A stretch of DNA of 64,000 bases, taken from assembly GCF_001194135.2 (NCBI RefSeq), contig NC_068983.1, positions 72,352,020-72,416,019 on the forward strand, written 5' to 3'. Shown here piece by piece: positions 23,540 to 37,299 of this stretch; the first letter of the stretch is position 1; each line of letters begins with the position of its first letter. The translations under genes and the position numbers were made by a program. The notes under the pieces are model-generated. The model ran no database searches. It was not told where the DNA came from and saw only the letters and a program-made list of their open reading frames with translations. Origin of the DNA: Octopus bimaculoides. Taxonomy: Eukaryota.

Positions 23540-25520
23540 ATTAAGCAACAGACCGTTTTAATAAGAGTTGGCAGAAAAAGCAACCCTTTCACAATACAAG
23601 ACATCAACACTATCACTTGAGAATGTATTAAATATGTATAAACTTGTATTGGAATATCACTACCTAACTATATACTGCTACTGTTGTCCTGAAGGAATAC
23701 TTAGGAGATATTTGCAAAGTTTGTAACAATGAAATAGCCTATCACAAGCAACCCCAATAAAGACTCTAAAGCAAGACCTAATGAATTTATATCAAAGAAA
23801 AGGGCAAATAAATGTCATTGTAGAGTATAAGGCTAGTGATAGGTTTACAACACATTAACAACACCTGAAAATACTATTGAAAATATACAGAAATTTTACT
23901 CCAAATCCCGAGGGGGAAATCCATAACTCTGATGCAGAGTGATGAACTTTGCTATCAGAAAAAATGTGTTACAGCAGACCAGGATAAAACCAGAAGTTTG
24001 TTTCTAACCCAGAAGCTGTGTACAGAAAGATGTGGAGAAAAATATCATTGTAAAAAGTGCCCCTTCGCAAGATCTTCACTCATTCTGGTCAAAGATCTGG
24101 AATGAGAGTAAGGACTGTAATTGAAATGCAACATGGCTAGACATAATAACACAATAATACTGTACTGACACCAACAATAAAACTTATATAAATACCTACA
24201 AAACTTTCACCAATGAGGTAGGAAAGCTACTCAATGTAGAGTTACAAGATGTTGATTTTTCATAAAAACTTACTTATAAACCATGTTTTTAAAAAAAACT
24301 ATGGAAGGCTAAATAGACATAATGAACTAGCTTACCATAGCACAAGCAAACCTAGTGGCCAAGAACAAAACCATTATTTTGGCCCATAGCCTGCCTGAAC
24401 CAATTCCTCCAAGATCATTGCAGCTCTAGTAATATAGCCACTGGTGAACAGACAGATAGAAAGAAAGGAGTGTGGAATTTGCTGAACAATTTTTGGTAAA
24501 TAAAGCTGTACTTTCTTAAGTAAGAAAGCATTGCAGGAATTTTGTAACAGTATGGCTTGATTACAGAAAGGTATTTGATTCCATTCACCACTCATGGTTA
24601 CTGAAATCACTACAATTGGTAAAAGTAGCTGCTATCTTAGTTGCTGCTATCAAGAAGCTCATGAAGTCCTTATCCACAATCTTCATATTTGTAACTGAAA
24701 GTAGAACAATTATCTCTGATGTTATTAATATTTCAACAGGAATATTCCGAGATGACAGTCTAGCTGTACTTCTGTTTATTTTGGCCCTACATCCACAGTA
24801 ATTTCTTCTACAAAAATCCACTGGCTATATCTTGGGTTCTACAACTGCAAGACACACTCACAATATGAGCCAAAAGTTTTTCATGGATGATCTAAAGATC
24901 TATGCGTGAGATACTTACAAAACCTAGGAATTAGGAGATTAATTACATTTTCTACTGAAATAGGAATAGAGTCCAACCAAAGTGTATGTGTGTATATGGG
25001 GGGGGGGGGACTGCTGCCCAAACCCTAAATCTTTGAGTCATTGGTTTATCACATCTGTTCTATGTAACAAATATAACAAATACTTGGATATTCAAATACT
25101 TAGGCAAAAGTAAACAAATACCTAGGTGAAAATATACCTAGGTGAAAATATATCCAGGTACTATTAACAAGTATAGGGTAACAAAAGAATAGTGGAAACA
25201 CTAGAACAAAAGGATACTTGTTCCTTTTAGAACATGACAATATATCACAATGCAGTTGTAGTACCTGTATTGATACCAACATTTGGAACACTCAGCTGGT
25301 TTATAGAGGAAAGTCACTTTATAGACATAATATCCTTGACATTGACTGCAAATTTCCACAAAAACTGTAACATTAAAGTCTCTATCTCAGACGAAAAGAG
25401 GAAGGAGAAGGCTTTAAAATCAGTATAGAAAGCCTTTGAGTGCTGCACAATATCACTCAGACAGCATCTGCTAAACAATAACAGCAAAAATAAATACGTC
25501 ACGCAAGTGCTGAATAACAT
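23540..25520 (+). pseudogene. R4/Dong-like reverse transcriptase remnant
   Basis: HSFWSKIWNE..NATWL; VWLDYRKVFDSIHHSWLLKSLQL; GIFRDDSLAVLLFILAL; FMDDLKIYA; AVVVPVLIPTFG; LYLRRKEEG-like; many disruptions. Confidence 0.85.
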
Positions 25521-25850
25521 CCTTAATATAAAAAAAAATCTCTCTTACTGGTGACCTCCCCTATGAACCTTGACATATGCACCTCATATCAGTATACAAA
25601 ATGCTAACATAAACATGTAAACATGACAATGATGATGATGCTGTAGTTATGTATGCATAAATACACACATACACATGTATGCATAAATACACACATACAC
25701 ACATATCTTCTCTCTTTATCTATCTTTCTGTATATACATATGTATCTATCCATATATTTATATATTTATATACATCTATTTTTACTTATATATCAATATA
25801 TGTATACATATGTGTGTGAGAGAGAGAAAGGGAGAGAAAGAGAAAGAGAG

Positions 25851-25887
<37 letters not shown>

Positions 25888-27148
25888 ACATGCACCTAAA
25901 TGTATATATGGTATAATTTGACTTTACTTTTGAAATTTTAATGATCGTTATGTATCTGTATTAACAATTGTATGATCATGAGTTTTAAGATACTGAATGT
26001 ATATGGTCTTTTGATGTATTAGACATTAATGTTACATCATTTTTAAATGGGTATAATATAAATTTCTATGTGAAATTGTAAGTATTCATGTAGTTTTGAC
26101 CATCATATGTGAATATACATGGTTTACACATTATAATTGGTGTATTTGTAAAATTTATCTTACCATTTTATACACACATATAGACATATATATTCCAAAA
26201 ATGTGTCTGTATGTACATGTATGTGTATGAGTACATACACTAGCATTTTTAATATTTAATATGATGTGTATGAGAATATATTTGAAGTAGTTTTTATCAA
26301 TATGGCACTATTTATAACTATTCAGCTTGCATTTCTCCTATTTTTATTATGGTTTATGCTAGTTACAGGAAAACTGCAGCCCACAGAACTTTCCTTTTGG
26401 AATAACCTATCTATACAAAAAATTAGCCTGAAATATTTTTAGCAGTGAGGCCTGTCTGACGATGAGCTATGTCTTATGTAGCCTGCTTCTTGAAAAAGAC
26501 TGCTTATGTCTTGTTTATACAATAAACTTTAAAAAATCAAATGAAGTGCCTATTTTTTTTTACTTTGCCCGTATTTCTGATTATTTTTATTCTAAGTCCC
26601 ATCCTCACCTCTCTCCATTTCTTTCAATTTAAATACAGCTTCTTCCAAGATTTGTTTCCTGTTGGTCACTGTCCACTAGTGATAAATACAAGCCAACAAG
26701 TGAACTCATCATGCTAAGGAAGCTTCTACACTGTCACTAAAAATAGATATGTCTAAATTTTTATGTGTACTTATGAGCATTTGTATATGTTTTACTACAA
26801 TGTGGAAATTGACTAAACAATAGCTTCTGGAAATCCTTATTCAGCCATATTTGAATGTAGTCAAAATTCCTCTATAGCTATGTTTTCTCTGCAAGAATCA
26901 TGCTACAATACTAAAGAATATTATCTTGATAGGAGAAAAAAAAACACAACTGTTGAATATTTATGACATTTAAAAGATTAAATATTGTCCTTTGCATAAT
27001 CAGAACTATCCACAAATAAAATTAAATATTTCTTCTTTCTGACATTTACATTTTCCAAATAAAGTTTCCAATTATTGTTCTTTTTCTGTTTATACTAGAC
27101 TGGAGAGTAATTTTCTTTTTCTTTTCTTTTTCTTTTTTTTTTTTCAAG

Positions 27149-27206
27149 TAGGAATAGAGAAAGCTACACTAGACTATGAAATAAGCAGTTTATTGTAATA
27201 TCTCAG
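27149..27206 (+). other. Candidate exon with very strong splice sites but an in-frame stop (all frames closed)
   Basis: Long T/C tract + caAG (NAGNAG alternative at 27152), donor CAG|GTAAGC; the phase-1 frame reads IGIEKATLDYEISSLL*YL. Confidence 0.4.
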
Positions 27207-27694
27207 GTAAGCATTCTTAATTGTAGACTTTCTAGGGCTTGTGGAATAAAGCTTGCCATAGCCAAACAGCAAAAGAACATTGCTGTCATCCAGTCCTTTT
27301 CTAGGTGTATTCTGGAATGTTTCTTCACCATGTCTCTTACCATTCCTACAATGGTTCTGTCCTACTGCATCTTCCTCTAAACCCATCGCAGACACTCACT
27401 GCTTTTATTCTTACCATCTTTACTATGTCTAGGTGCACTAAACACCAGTATAAAACTCACTCTTCCTCGGAGAAGTCAATTAAGAAACTTCAGTGAGGTC
27501 ATTCAATCTGCTAGAAATAATAAGCAAATCTCCTACAAATCACACCGTACTATCTTATAACAACAACATCACTGTAGTGTTACTCTGCAAACCTGATTCC
27601 TAAAGAATTCCTTGATACAGTGAAGTTCAAGCTAAATATCAACTAGACTGACCTCTGTAAAGATTATAGTCATATAACTAAGTAATAATTGTTT

Positions 27695-27870
27695 CTAGCA
27701 TAGACACAAGATCTAAAAATTGGGGGAGTGTTAGTTGATACCAACAACTACAGTACTTAACTGGTATTTTATTTTCTCAGCCTTAGAGTGAGATGAAAAG
27801 CAAGGCTGATCAGAGCAGGATTTGAACTCAGAACATAAAGAACCAGAAGAAATTCCAGAAGGTATTTTTC
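27695..27870 (-). mobile_element. SINE family A (degenerate)
   Basis: Multi-copy similarity. Confidence 0.7.
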
Positions 27871-27954
27871 CAACATTCTATCAAATAATAATAAAAATTT
27901 ACAAGAATAAAACTGAAAAGTGAATAAAAATAATGTTTATATCTTAAATGACTG

Positions 27955-28110
27955 AAGTGATTCCACTAAATAGTTATCATATGTTAAAATATGTTAAAAA
28001 TACATACATACATAGATACATACATATATTTATATGTTAAAAATATGTTAAAAATATGTTAAAAATATGTTAAAAGTGATTCCACTAAATAGTTATCATA
28101 TGTTAAAATA
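27955..28110. repeat. 37-bp direct repeat enclosing an 11-bp tandem (tatgttaaaaa)
   Basis: aagtgattccactaaatagttatcatatgttaaaata at 27955 and 28074. Confidence 0.9.
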
Positions 28111-28837
28111 ATGTTGCATCTTATTACCTTAGTTATAGAGTTATTGCAAGCTACTGTATGTATGACATGCATATGTGTGTTTGTTAGTATGTATACATGC
28201 ATACATGTTTATGAACGTGCATGTGTAAGTATGTGAGCATGTGTGTGTACATACTTGTGAACATGCATGTGCATGTGTTTGCATTTGCATATGTTTTTCT
28301 CTGCTTATCTTCATGTTGATACCTCGTGTGCACACAATATGTTGCACAGCTGAGTAGGTCAGTATGTGAAGACCAGTAGAACAAAAGAGCCTTACCAGAA
28401 AACAAGGGTTGCATTAGAAAGAGCATCAAACTGTAGAATACTACCTCAAGTTTCATCAAACTTAGGCCAGCATGGAAAAATCAGATGTAAAAAGGGTGAT
28501 GTTAATAATGAGGAGTAGGAGGAATGTATATCTAAAATATATACAATATCTTTGCTTACATTTTTTTTCTGTTGGGTGGTGTACTAAAACATAGGATTGC
28601 CTTATACATACTTATAGTTGCTGAGTCTAATATATGTATATATACATGGTGATCCTAGTCACTACAAAGTATGCAGACTGTAAACATACATTCTTTATTA
28701 CACATCAAACTTTTGGTTTATATGGGAGAAGAAATAAGAAAATGTAACTAGCATAATTCATTTCAAAGTGAAATCCAAAAGTGGATCTTGGATCTTATTC
28801 AAGATAACAATAACCTTGACAATAACAATTTTTATAA

Positions 28838-29181
28838 TCACCATCATCATTATCATCATCGTTTAACGTCTGCTTTCCATGCTAGCATGGGTTGGACGAT
28901 TTGACAGAGGACTAGTGAAACCGGATGGCAACACCAGCCTCCAATCTGATTTGGCAGAGTTTCTACAGCTGGATGCCCTTTGTAACGCCAACCACTCCGA
29001 GAGTGTAGTGGGTGCTTTTACGTGTCACCCGCACGAAGGCCAGTCAGGCGGTACTGGCAACGGCCACGCTCAAAATGGTGTATTTTATGTGCCACCCGCA
29101 CAGGAGCCAGTCCAGGGGCACTGGCAACGATCTCGCTCGAAAATCCTATGAAGGCCAGTCAGGTGGTACTGGCAACGGCCC
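28838..29181 (-). mobile_element. RTE LINE 3'-tail copy (young)
   Basis: Highly similar to 55511-55964 and 60068-60398. Confidence 0.9.
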
Positions 29182-29776
29182 GGTAAGCATGAAAGTAACT
29201 ATATTAAGTTGAGGGATTTATCAACCACAGAGGAAGGAAAGACAAAGCAGACTGCAATGAGGTTTGATCTCAGCATGTAGAGGGATGAAACAAAACTCTG
29301 TAAAATATTCAATCTTCTAATCTTCACCGTTTTACCACTTCAGCTCCTGTATATAACATATATAATCTAGCAAAAGTCAATCTCATATAAATGTCAACCC
29401 CTCCACTCTGTTTTTGGTAAAATATCTGGAATAAACCTTATATAGTATGTAAAGGTCAACCTGGATTTTCAAAAATAAGAGATCAACATTTGAGTTTAAG
29501 GATATATAAAAGTCAAGATGAGGAAATAACTTTTTTCCAGTGTTGTTGTTTTCACTTCGTAGAATTCACTTCTATGTAATTACATTATTCTCAAAGAAGC
29601 ACATAATTCTATTATTTAGAAAAATATTACAGCCTTAAAGCAAATCTTCAACTTACCATTTTAAGATGTAAACAGTGAATCCTTGGCCAATAGCTACACA
29701 TCAACATCCATTAATACTATGTTATTACACTTAGTTTTGACTCGTACATTTTTCTTCTTTTCTTTTTTTTTTTTTT

Positions 29777-29786
29777 NNNNNNNNNN
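29777..29786. other. Assembly gap (10 N)
   Basis: N run. Confidence 1.
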
Positions 29787-29999
29787 TTTTTTTTTTTTTT
29801 GGTATTTAATACTATTGATTTTTTTTTTTTATTATGGTTTTCTCTTCTTTGCATGATCTTTCATACTGCACACACTTCACAGTCTTCCTTAATGCAAAGA
29901 TCAGTCAAGTTTGGTTTTCTTGAAGCACTTGTGGATTTCTGTTACATCATACATACTGTTATGGAATTATAATTTCTCTATCATCTTGTGTAAAAAAAG

Positions 30000-30400
30000 A
30001 TGACCTCCAGAAGAAACTGCAAATGTACAGCAGCAATTAAATGAAAGTTATTGAAACTGCAGAGAAGAAAACTAATTGTGTAGACAGTAAGAAAATTTTG
30101 TGTTTTGGGGAAACTTGCAACAGACTGGAGAAAGATATCAAATTAACTTAAGAAAATGCAAAATACAAGTGTGTCAATAGAGGTAAACTTAGAAATTGGC
30201 CAGAACTGGATAAAGAAATAAGAGATACTGGAAACTTAATCGAAATGAGAAATGTTTCACTCATAAAGCAATCCAAATTTATGCTTAAAAATAACCAAAG
30301 GCTGGAAATTTGGATATTAAAGAAAGTGAACAGTGTACAAGGTTTGTGAGAAAACATGAGTTAATATTTCAGAAGAAAACTAAATTATAGAAAAAAGGTG
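30000..30400 (+). pseudogene. pogo-like transposase N-terminal remnant
   Basis: MTSRRN..KVIETAEKKTNCV..DWRK..KCVNRGKLRNWPELDKEI..CTRFVRKHELIFQKKT, resembling the pogo DBD/CENP-B HTH pattern; frameshifted. Confidence 0.55.
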
Positions 30401-30737
30401 AGATAAATTAGATTAACATCTCTCATAGACCTTTCTACTTAATGGCAGAACTGAGTGTTGAAAGGGAGGCAAGTAAATTGTAATTTTAATAAAAAACTAA
30501 GATGGTTTTAAACATTTGAAACTTGTCCAATACATGGCAAAGAAAGAATTATATAGATGCAAACTAATTTGGTATTCTCATTAATAAAGACTCACTATCT
30601 TCTAAGAATTGAACAACGTAGTTGGTGCAAAGATTACATTTCCATATTTTGAGGTTTAGTGGTAAGTATGAGCAATGACATTCTCAGATATACTCCAAAC
30701 ATTCATGAAGAGAAGATAACTCATGTTGGCAAATGGT

Positions 30738-31111
30738 TTTTACTCTTTTACTTGTTTCAGTCTTTTGACTGAGGCCATGCTGGAGCACCGCCTTTAGTCG
30801 AGCAAATCGACCCCAGGACTTATTCTTTAGAAGCCTAGTACTTATTCTATCGGTCTCTTTTGCTGAACCGCTAGGTTACGGGGACATAAACACACCAGCA
30901 TCGGTTGTCAAGCGATGTTGGGGGGACAAACACAGACACACAAACACATACATATATACGACGGGCTTCTTTCAGTTTCCGTCTACCAAATCCACTCACA
31001 AGGCTTTGGTCGGCCCGAAGCTATAGTAGAAGACATTTGCCCAAGATGTCACGCAGTGGAACTGAACCTGGGACCATGTGGCTGGTAAGCAAGCTACTTA
31101 CCACACAGCCA
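30738..31111 (-). mobile_element. tRNA-derived CORE-like SINE family B (full length)
   Basis: Head ggctgtgtggtaagtagcttgc..caggttcagttcc, CORE-like catcttgggcaaatgtcttc, tail gtaaaagagtaaaa. Confidence 0.9.
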
Positions 31112-31554
31112 CTACTACACATTCATAAAAGGGCTCTATCATTCTGATAAAGACCTCTTTGATTTCAAGTTATATTTGAAGCAGAGGATGAGAAAGGAAT
31201 GGGAGATGATGGATGTGAGTGAAGAAACTTGTATGGATGAAAAGACCAGATATTCAGTTGTATCCAGGAAATTTCATGAAAGAGCACAATACGTGAAGTG
31301 CAAGGTGATCAGAGTATTTGTGTGCTAGGGATCTTCTGTGTGTTATAATTTCCACCTTGTTATGGGTATCTTTGTTTATTCTACACCATTAAAAACACCT
31401 TATCTGCTTTTCAAGTTGTATTACATTCCCATCCTTCATTTTATAGTATACATACACCTAACACATTCATTTCTGATTATTTTATAACAAAATGCAGAAT
31501 ATGTTTTATATGTATATGAGGCCAATAAAGAATAAAAATGTTGTTGTTATTGAG

Positions 31555-31742
31555 CTAGAAGAATCATTAGCACACTGGGCAAAATGCTTAGCAGTATTTC
31601 ACCTACTGCAACGTTCTGGGTTCAAATTCAACCAAGAAAATGCAAAATACAAGCGTGTCAATTTAGTACCAGAGGAGTACTGGGTCAATGTAATCAACTA
31701 TCCTCCTCTGCACAAAATCTAGGCCTTGTGCCTAAAGCAGAA
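31555..31742 (+). mobile_element. SINE family A
   Basis: Multi-copy similarity. Confidence 0.8.
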
Positions 31743-31745
31743 AGG

Positions 31746-31777
<32 letters not shown>

Positions 31778-31842
31778 CATTATTATTATTATTATCATTA
31801 TTATTATGGATATTATTATTATTATTATTATTATCATTATCA

Positions 31843-32040
31843 TGAAGGCAGTGAACAAGCAGAATCATTAGCATGTCAGACAAAATGCTTAGCGGCATTT
31901 TATCCGTCTTTATGTTCTGAATTCAATTTCTGTTGAGTTCAACTTTTTTCTTTCATCCTTTCGGGGTACGTAAAATAGTACTGGATTCAATGAGATTGAC
32001 TAGTACCCTCTCACAAAATTACAGTCTGTGTCTATAGTAA
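31843..32040 (+). mobile_element. SINE family A
   Basis: Multi-copy similarity; separated from the previous copy by (ATT)n. Confidence 0.8.
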
Positions 32041-32044
32041 AATG

Positions 32045-32045
32045 A

Positions 32046-32077
<32 letters not shown>

Positions 32078-32290
32078 CATCATCATCATCATCATCATTA
32101 TTATTATTATTAGCAGCAGCAGTAGTAGTAGTAGTATTAGTAACAACATTAGTAGCAATAGTATCAGCATTATGTTCAGCAATACAACATTACCATCATC
32201 ATTGCCACTACCACCACTACCACCACTGCCACTACCACCACTGCCACTACCATAACCCTTACAACCAACACCATAACCATCATTATTATC
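32045..32290. repeat. Compound trinucleotide microsatellite (ATT/ATC/AGT/ACC)
   Basis: Directly visible. Confidence 0.95.
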
Positions 32291-32307
32291 ATTAACTGTT
32301 ATTTTAG

Positions 32308-32368
32308 GTCAAAACTACATCATTATATTCTCTGTAAATGAAATGAGCCAATTGGTTTGGATCCTCAG
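32308..32368 (+). CDS. Candidate exon (61 nt, phase 1->2; SQNYIIIFSVNEMSQLVWIL)
   Basis: ctgttattttAG|..CAG|GTGAAA; only one frame is open. Confidence 0.35.
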
Positions 32369-34391
32369 GTGAAATAGCTTTATTTTCTACAGCAGCAGTG
32401 TGTGACAGCATAGTCCAAAGCACATTTCAAATTCCCTGTTGGGAATATTTTCTTTATGTTGCCAATGCTCTTGGGAAATGATATGGCCATTCTATATTCA
32501 TCGTTATAGAATTCATAGTTATCATGTTTATGTAATACAATACAAATTGTAGAGCAGTGGATTAGATATTCTACTAACTAAATTGTTGCTTCACTTTTCT
32601 GTGCTCAAATCCCAGAGAGACAGACCTTGACTTCACCCCTCCAGATTCTAGCAAAGTCTCCTTCATCAGTATCTATAGTTTTTATGTCAGTTTTTTTCCA
32701 ATGTTTGTATGAATTGAATGGTTCTTCGAAGCCAGTCATCTTGTTCTTTTGTCATTCTATCAGTGAAAGTTCAGAAGCCTGAGATGTGAATTGAATACTG
32801 TTCACTTATCTGGGATATTCCATGTGCCAGTTTGACCCACATAGTCAATGGATTACTGAGTATATTCAGTTATTTTTAAGATGGTAGGCTGAAGTTTGAG
32901 GGAGATTTGTCTGGTATTTAGTTGGTTGAGTATCCATGCAGAAACTTTGCATAGAACATCTGGACCTTGAGGTCTGCTGGTTCCACCTACTGCTTTATTT
33001 GATTAACTTGGTGCTCAGTCAGAGCCAGATATGAGGTTGCACAACAAATAATAGTCTGTGATAACCAAAAACAATCTGTCTACTTGATAGATAAGCTCAC
33101 ACTTATTAAATTTTCAGCTACTGGGTCCTAATTCAACTGTGTTTTCTCCCTTCCTTAACTTTGTCAGGACTTCAATAACCTAAGTCCTAATTTAGGCAGA
33201 GGTGTGGTATATTTGGAACAGTAGTTCTGTGATTGTGCTAGTAAGGTGGTTGACTACCATGTGCTGTAAATCTGCTTAATCGGAGCTTATTTGAAACTAT
33301 CCAACAACAAGAAACTCATCACTTTATCTTCAAAAGCTTGAGATATCTATGACACATCTTTTTATTAAAATAAAAATTATAAAGAATAAAGATATAGAGA
33401 TGAAAATGAAAATACTAGAAATCAGATTCAGAGAACACATTTTATAAGGTCAATAATTGACAAAGGATGCTTTTGTTGATATGAGAACAAAATTTATTGG
33501 AAGATTTATTTGGATCTAGACATTGCATATCAACACTGAACAAAAGTTACTGTCCCTTTTTGCAATACTGACAAATATCAAGATCAAAAATAAAACTAAG
33601 TAAACTTTAAAAAAAATTGCTACAAAAATAGAACATAATTGATTCATTGTCAAAGTTATCTCCTTCAATTCTAATTTCAAATCTTGCCAAGGCTGAGCTT
33701 CCTTTCTTATGTTTATTTACATAAAATAATCACAAGCAGTGAACAAAGATCAAAAGATCAATGACAGGAAACTAACTTGATTCTCAATTTTTGCTATATG
33801 TTAGATCAAGCCACCAAAGTTTTTTCTTTTTTTTTTACCACTAAATTTGCAGGGAAAAAGCATTAGTTAAAAAAAGGAAAAAGAAAAAATCAAACCCAAT
33901 GTCTAAGTTCTCATTTCTTTTGTGGGAAATGTTAGGAACTTTTATAAATGATTGAAGACATACCTCCAAAATGATCAATTTCTGAGGAAAAGAGAATTTA
34001 TTAACTTGCTACAAGCTATTTAACTTCAGTGATCTGAAGAGAACAAATGAATTTGAAGACACATTGATGAAGGCAGTATACAAATTAGAAGAAAAATAAA
34101 CTAACCAATAGCAAAATGAATAACTTCGCCAATTTAACTAATTATCTGAAAGGTATTTTTTTCTCCAAATGTTTCTTGAGTGTGTAACTTCAATTCAAAA
34201 AACAGAAATTCATTTTCTAATGACATATATTCTTCTTCTTCACCCTTCATTTCATTTTCTATCATTTGGAATCAATAAGTTAAAACAAAGAAACTGTAAT
34301 AGCAATATAGAAATTATTAAAGTTTATTGAATTTAATAGAAAGTGACAGATTTTGTTTTCATTCTAAACAAGTAACCCCATAACAAAAAAC

Positions 34392-34676
34392 CATGTAAAA
34401 AGCACCATTCAAGTGTGGTCGATGCCAGTGCTGGCTGAGTGGCTCCCATGCTGGTGGCACGTAAAAAGCACCCTTCAAACATGGTCGATGTCAGTACTGC
34501 TTGACTGGTCCTCATGCCAGTGGCACATAAAAAAGCACCAACTACATCCAGCAGTAGAAATTTTACCAGATCAGATTGGAGCCTGGTGCAGCCTTCTGGG
34601 TTGCCAGCCCTCAGTTAAACCGTCCAACCCATGCCAGCATGGAAACCAGATGTTAAACAACGATGATGATGATGAT
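34392..34676 (+). mobile_element. RTE LINE 3'-tail copy
   Basis: Sub-repeats plus gcatggaaaccagatgttaaac(gat)n. Confidence 0.85.
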
Positions 34677-34704
34677 ACATATATATACCCATACATACAT
34701 ATAT

Positions 34705-34705
34705 A

Positions 34706-34765
<60 letters not shown>

Positions 34766-34880
34766 CACACACACACACACACACATATATACATACACAC
34801 ACACACACACACATACATACATACATACATACATACATACATACACACACACATACATACATACATACATACATACATAC
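34705..34880. repeat. (AT)n/(AC)n/(ATAC)n microsatellite
   Basis: Directly visible. Confidence 0.97.
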
Positions 34881-35527
34881 AAATTTAGGGAATGGAGTTG
34901 ATAAAATCCAGGCTACATATGTTTCTTAACCAGCAGAACTTCAGAAGTAGTAATTACCTAGATAAAGGGTACTCCACTAGCTACTCATCAGGCCAAGTAA
35001 CTAGCGGGGCATCTCTTGTCTGGTTAACTATTACTTCTGTAATGTTATAGCTTTTCATTATGTTATAGCTTTACTGCACATATAGACTTGCATACACATT
35101 GATATGTCTTTCTTTTTCTTTTTCGTCTCTCTCACTATTATTATTATTATTGTAGTTGTTATCATTATTTCTCCCTTTCATAACTTGGTTTGTAAATTAT
35201 CCGATTTTCCTTTACTGCCCCATCTGTGTTCTCTTAGTGTATCTTATTTTATTTTTATTTTTATTTTATTTTGTTCTATTTCATCTTATTAAACTTCCTT
35301 GATGTTCTTCAAGGGATTCCCCACACTGATGAGAATGACAATCCATAAATTTAATTATAATTACTATGGTTAAAAAAATTTTTTCTTACACATTTGCATT
35401 GTTTTCCGAAACATACATATGCAGTGAATCCAGTTTTGTAATAAATCTATTTCTGATTCTACATCATTTTTTCTCCATTTTTTTATACTTGTTTATGGTA
35501 TATTTTTATACCTATAACAAAACTCCT

Positions 35528-35576
<49 letters not shown>

Positions 35577-35586
35577 NNNNNNNNNN
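35577..35586. other. Assembly gap (10 N) inside a microsatellite
   Basis: N run. Confidence 1.
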
Positions 35587-35591
35587 CATAC

Positions 35592-35644
<53 letters not shown>

Positions 35645-35987
35645 GTATGGTCAAATGTTTAAGAGTTTGTTTTGCAATCCAAGTACTATCTTCAATTCCA
35701 TAGCACAACTATTACTTTGGGCTCAACTGCAAAGTTATATATATAGCCTTCAATTTGCACAAGTTTTGTTAATGAAATTAGGCAGACTGAAATTGTGTGA
35801 AAACCTGTCAAATGAATTTTATCTGTAATTGGAAGGTTCAACCGGGGCACAGTGTGTTACTTTCACTCTGCCTGATGATTGCATTTATGGTACACATGCT
35901 TTTAGAATAAACAGCCACTTACATGCTAAATCAATGGGAACTTAGTTTTATAGGCTGAACAACTGCAAACTATTGGTTGATCTAGAT

Positions 35988-36234
35988 NNNNNNNNNNNNN
36001 NNNNNNNNNNNNNNNNNNNNNNNNNNNNNNNNNNNNNNNNNNNNNNNNNNNNNNNNNNNNNNNNNNNNNNNNNNNNNNNNNNNNNNNNNNNNNNNNNNNN
36101 NNNNNNNNNNNNNNNNNNNNNNNNNNNNNNNNNNNNNNNNNNNNNNNNNNNNNNNNNNNNNNNNNNNNNNNNNNNNNNNNNNNNNNNNNNNNNNNNNNNN
36201 NNNNNNNNNNNNNNNNNNNNNNNNNNNNNNNNNN
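35988..36234. other. Assembly gap (247 N)
   Basis: N run. Confidence 1.
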
Positions 36235-36960
36235 TATATAAAGATAAAACTTGGAAAAGGATGCGTGGTGTTCGATCATATAATAATATAAATAATATAT
36301 ATAACCAATGTGTCCAAGGACTACATTAAACTCCAGTGTCTGCTTTGGCATGGTCTTTATGGCTGGATGTCCTTCCTAATGCCAACCACTTTACAGCTTG
36401 GACTGAATGTTTTTTTTTTTTTTAGCAGGAGAGGGCACCTGTATTACTGAGATCACCATGCAGTTTGTGCCCTGGGGTAGGTGTGGGGAGGTCAGCCTCA
36501 TGCTAGAGAACACGGGGATCACTATAAGGTGGTGGTTATGGGGGCAGGCAGAGCATGTTCATGGCTACAAAATCTGAATCGTTATCTTCTTGTTATAAGA
36601 TTCAATCCTTAATTACTTCATAAAAACTAGGGCTCTACAGGCTAATGAGAGTCTCTTACATGTTTGTTTGAGATGCTGGAAATAACATCTTGAGCTATTT
36701 TACTGTCTTAAAAAAAAAGGAAGAAAATCATTGTTCTACATACATTGTGTAGGAGTGAAACAAAATAAGATGGTCAAAGCAACAACAAATTTACTGTATA
36801 TTTGACCACAGATTTACAAATAACAACCAAAGTCACAGACAATGACTGATGGTCTGTGGTGACAAACATTATTAACAAATTTAATTAAGTTTGTATGCTG
36901 TCATGAGTACTGATTTTCAAGCAAAGCCTTTCTTCAGAGAGAGAAATTTAAACTCTTTAG

Positions 36961-37022
36961 GATAGCACCAAGCAAACACTCAAATCCTTTTACCAATGAA
37001 GCTAAGTTTGAACTTCTAAAAG
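36961..37022 (+). CDS. Candidate exon (62 nt, phase 2->1; RIAPSKHSNPFTNEAKFELLK)
   Basis: aactctttAG|..AAG|GTGACA; only one frame is open, and it matches the phase of 32308-32368 and 27149-27206. Confidence 0.4.
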
Positions 37023-37299
37023 GTGACATTTTGTTTCCACTTTTATGTTCCTGATTTATTATTGCTGAATGTGACACGAGATGAATATTTTATCCTACCA
37101 CTTCATCAGCAGCCCTGAGGTAATGGAATCTGAATAGCCACAGTAAATGTTCACTTAGCTTTCATCCTTTTATCTTAACACTGATGTCTCAAAGATTAAT
37201 TCATTGCAATTCGAATAAATATAGTATTACGAGAGTAGATCAATTGATAACAGGAAACCGCTGACTATTATAATATTTCTAATTTCAATATATGACAAT

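Noticed and set aside
35326-35365. Third hammerhead candidate (CTGATGAGaatgacaatcc)
   Set aside because: GAAA core and stems I/III not recoverable. The same applies to CTGATGA hits near 11979, 34985 (minus), 37104 (minus) and 42377.
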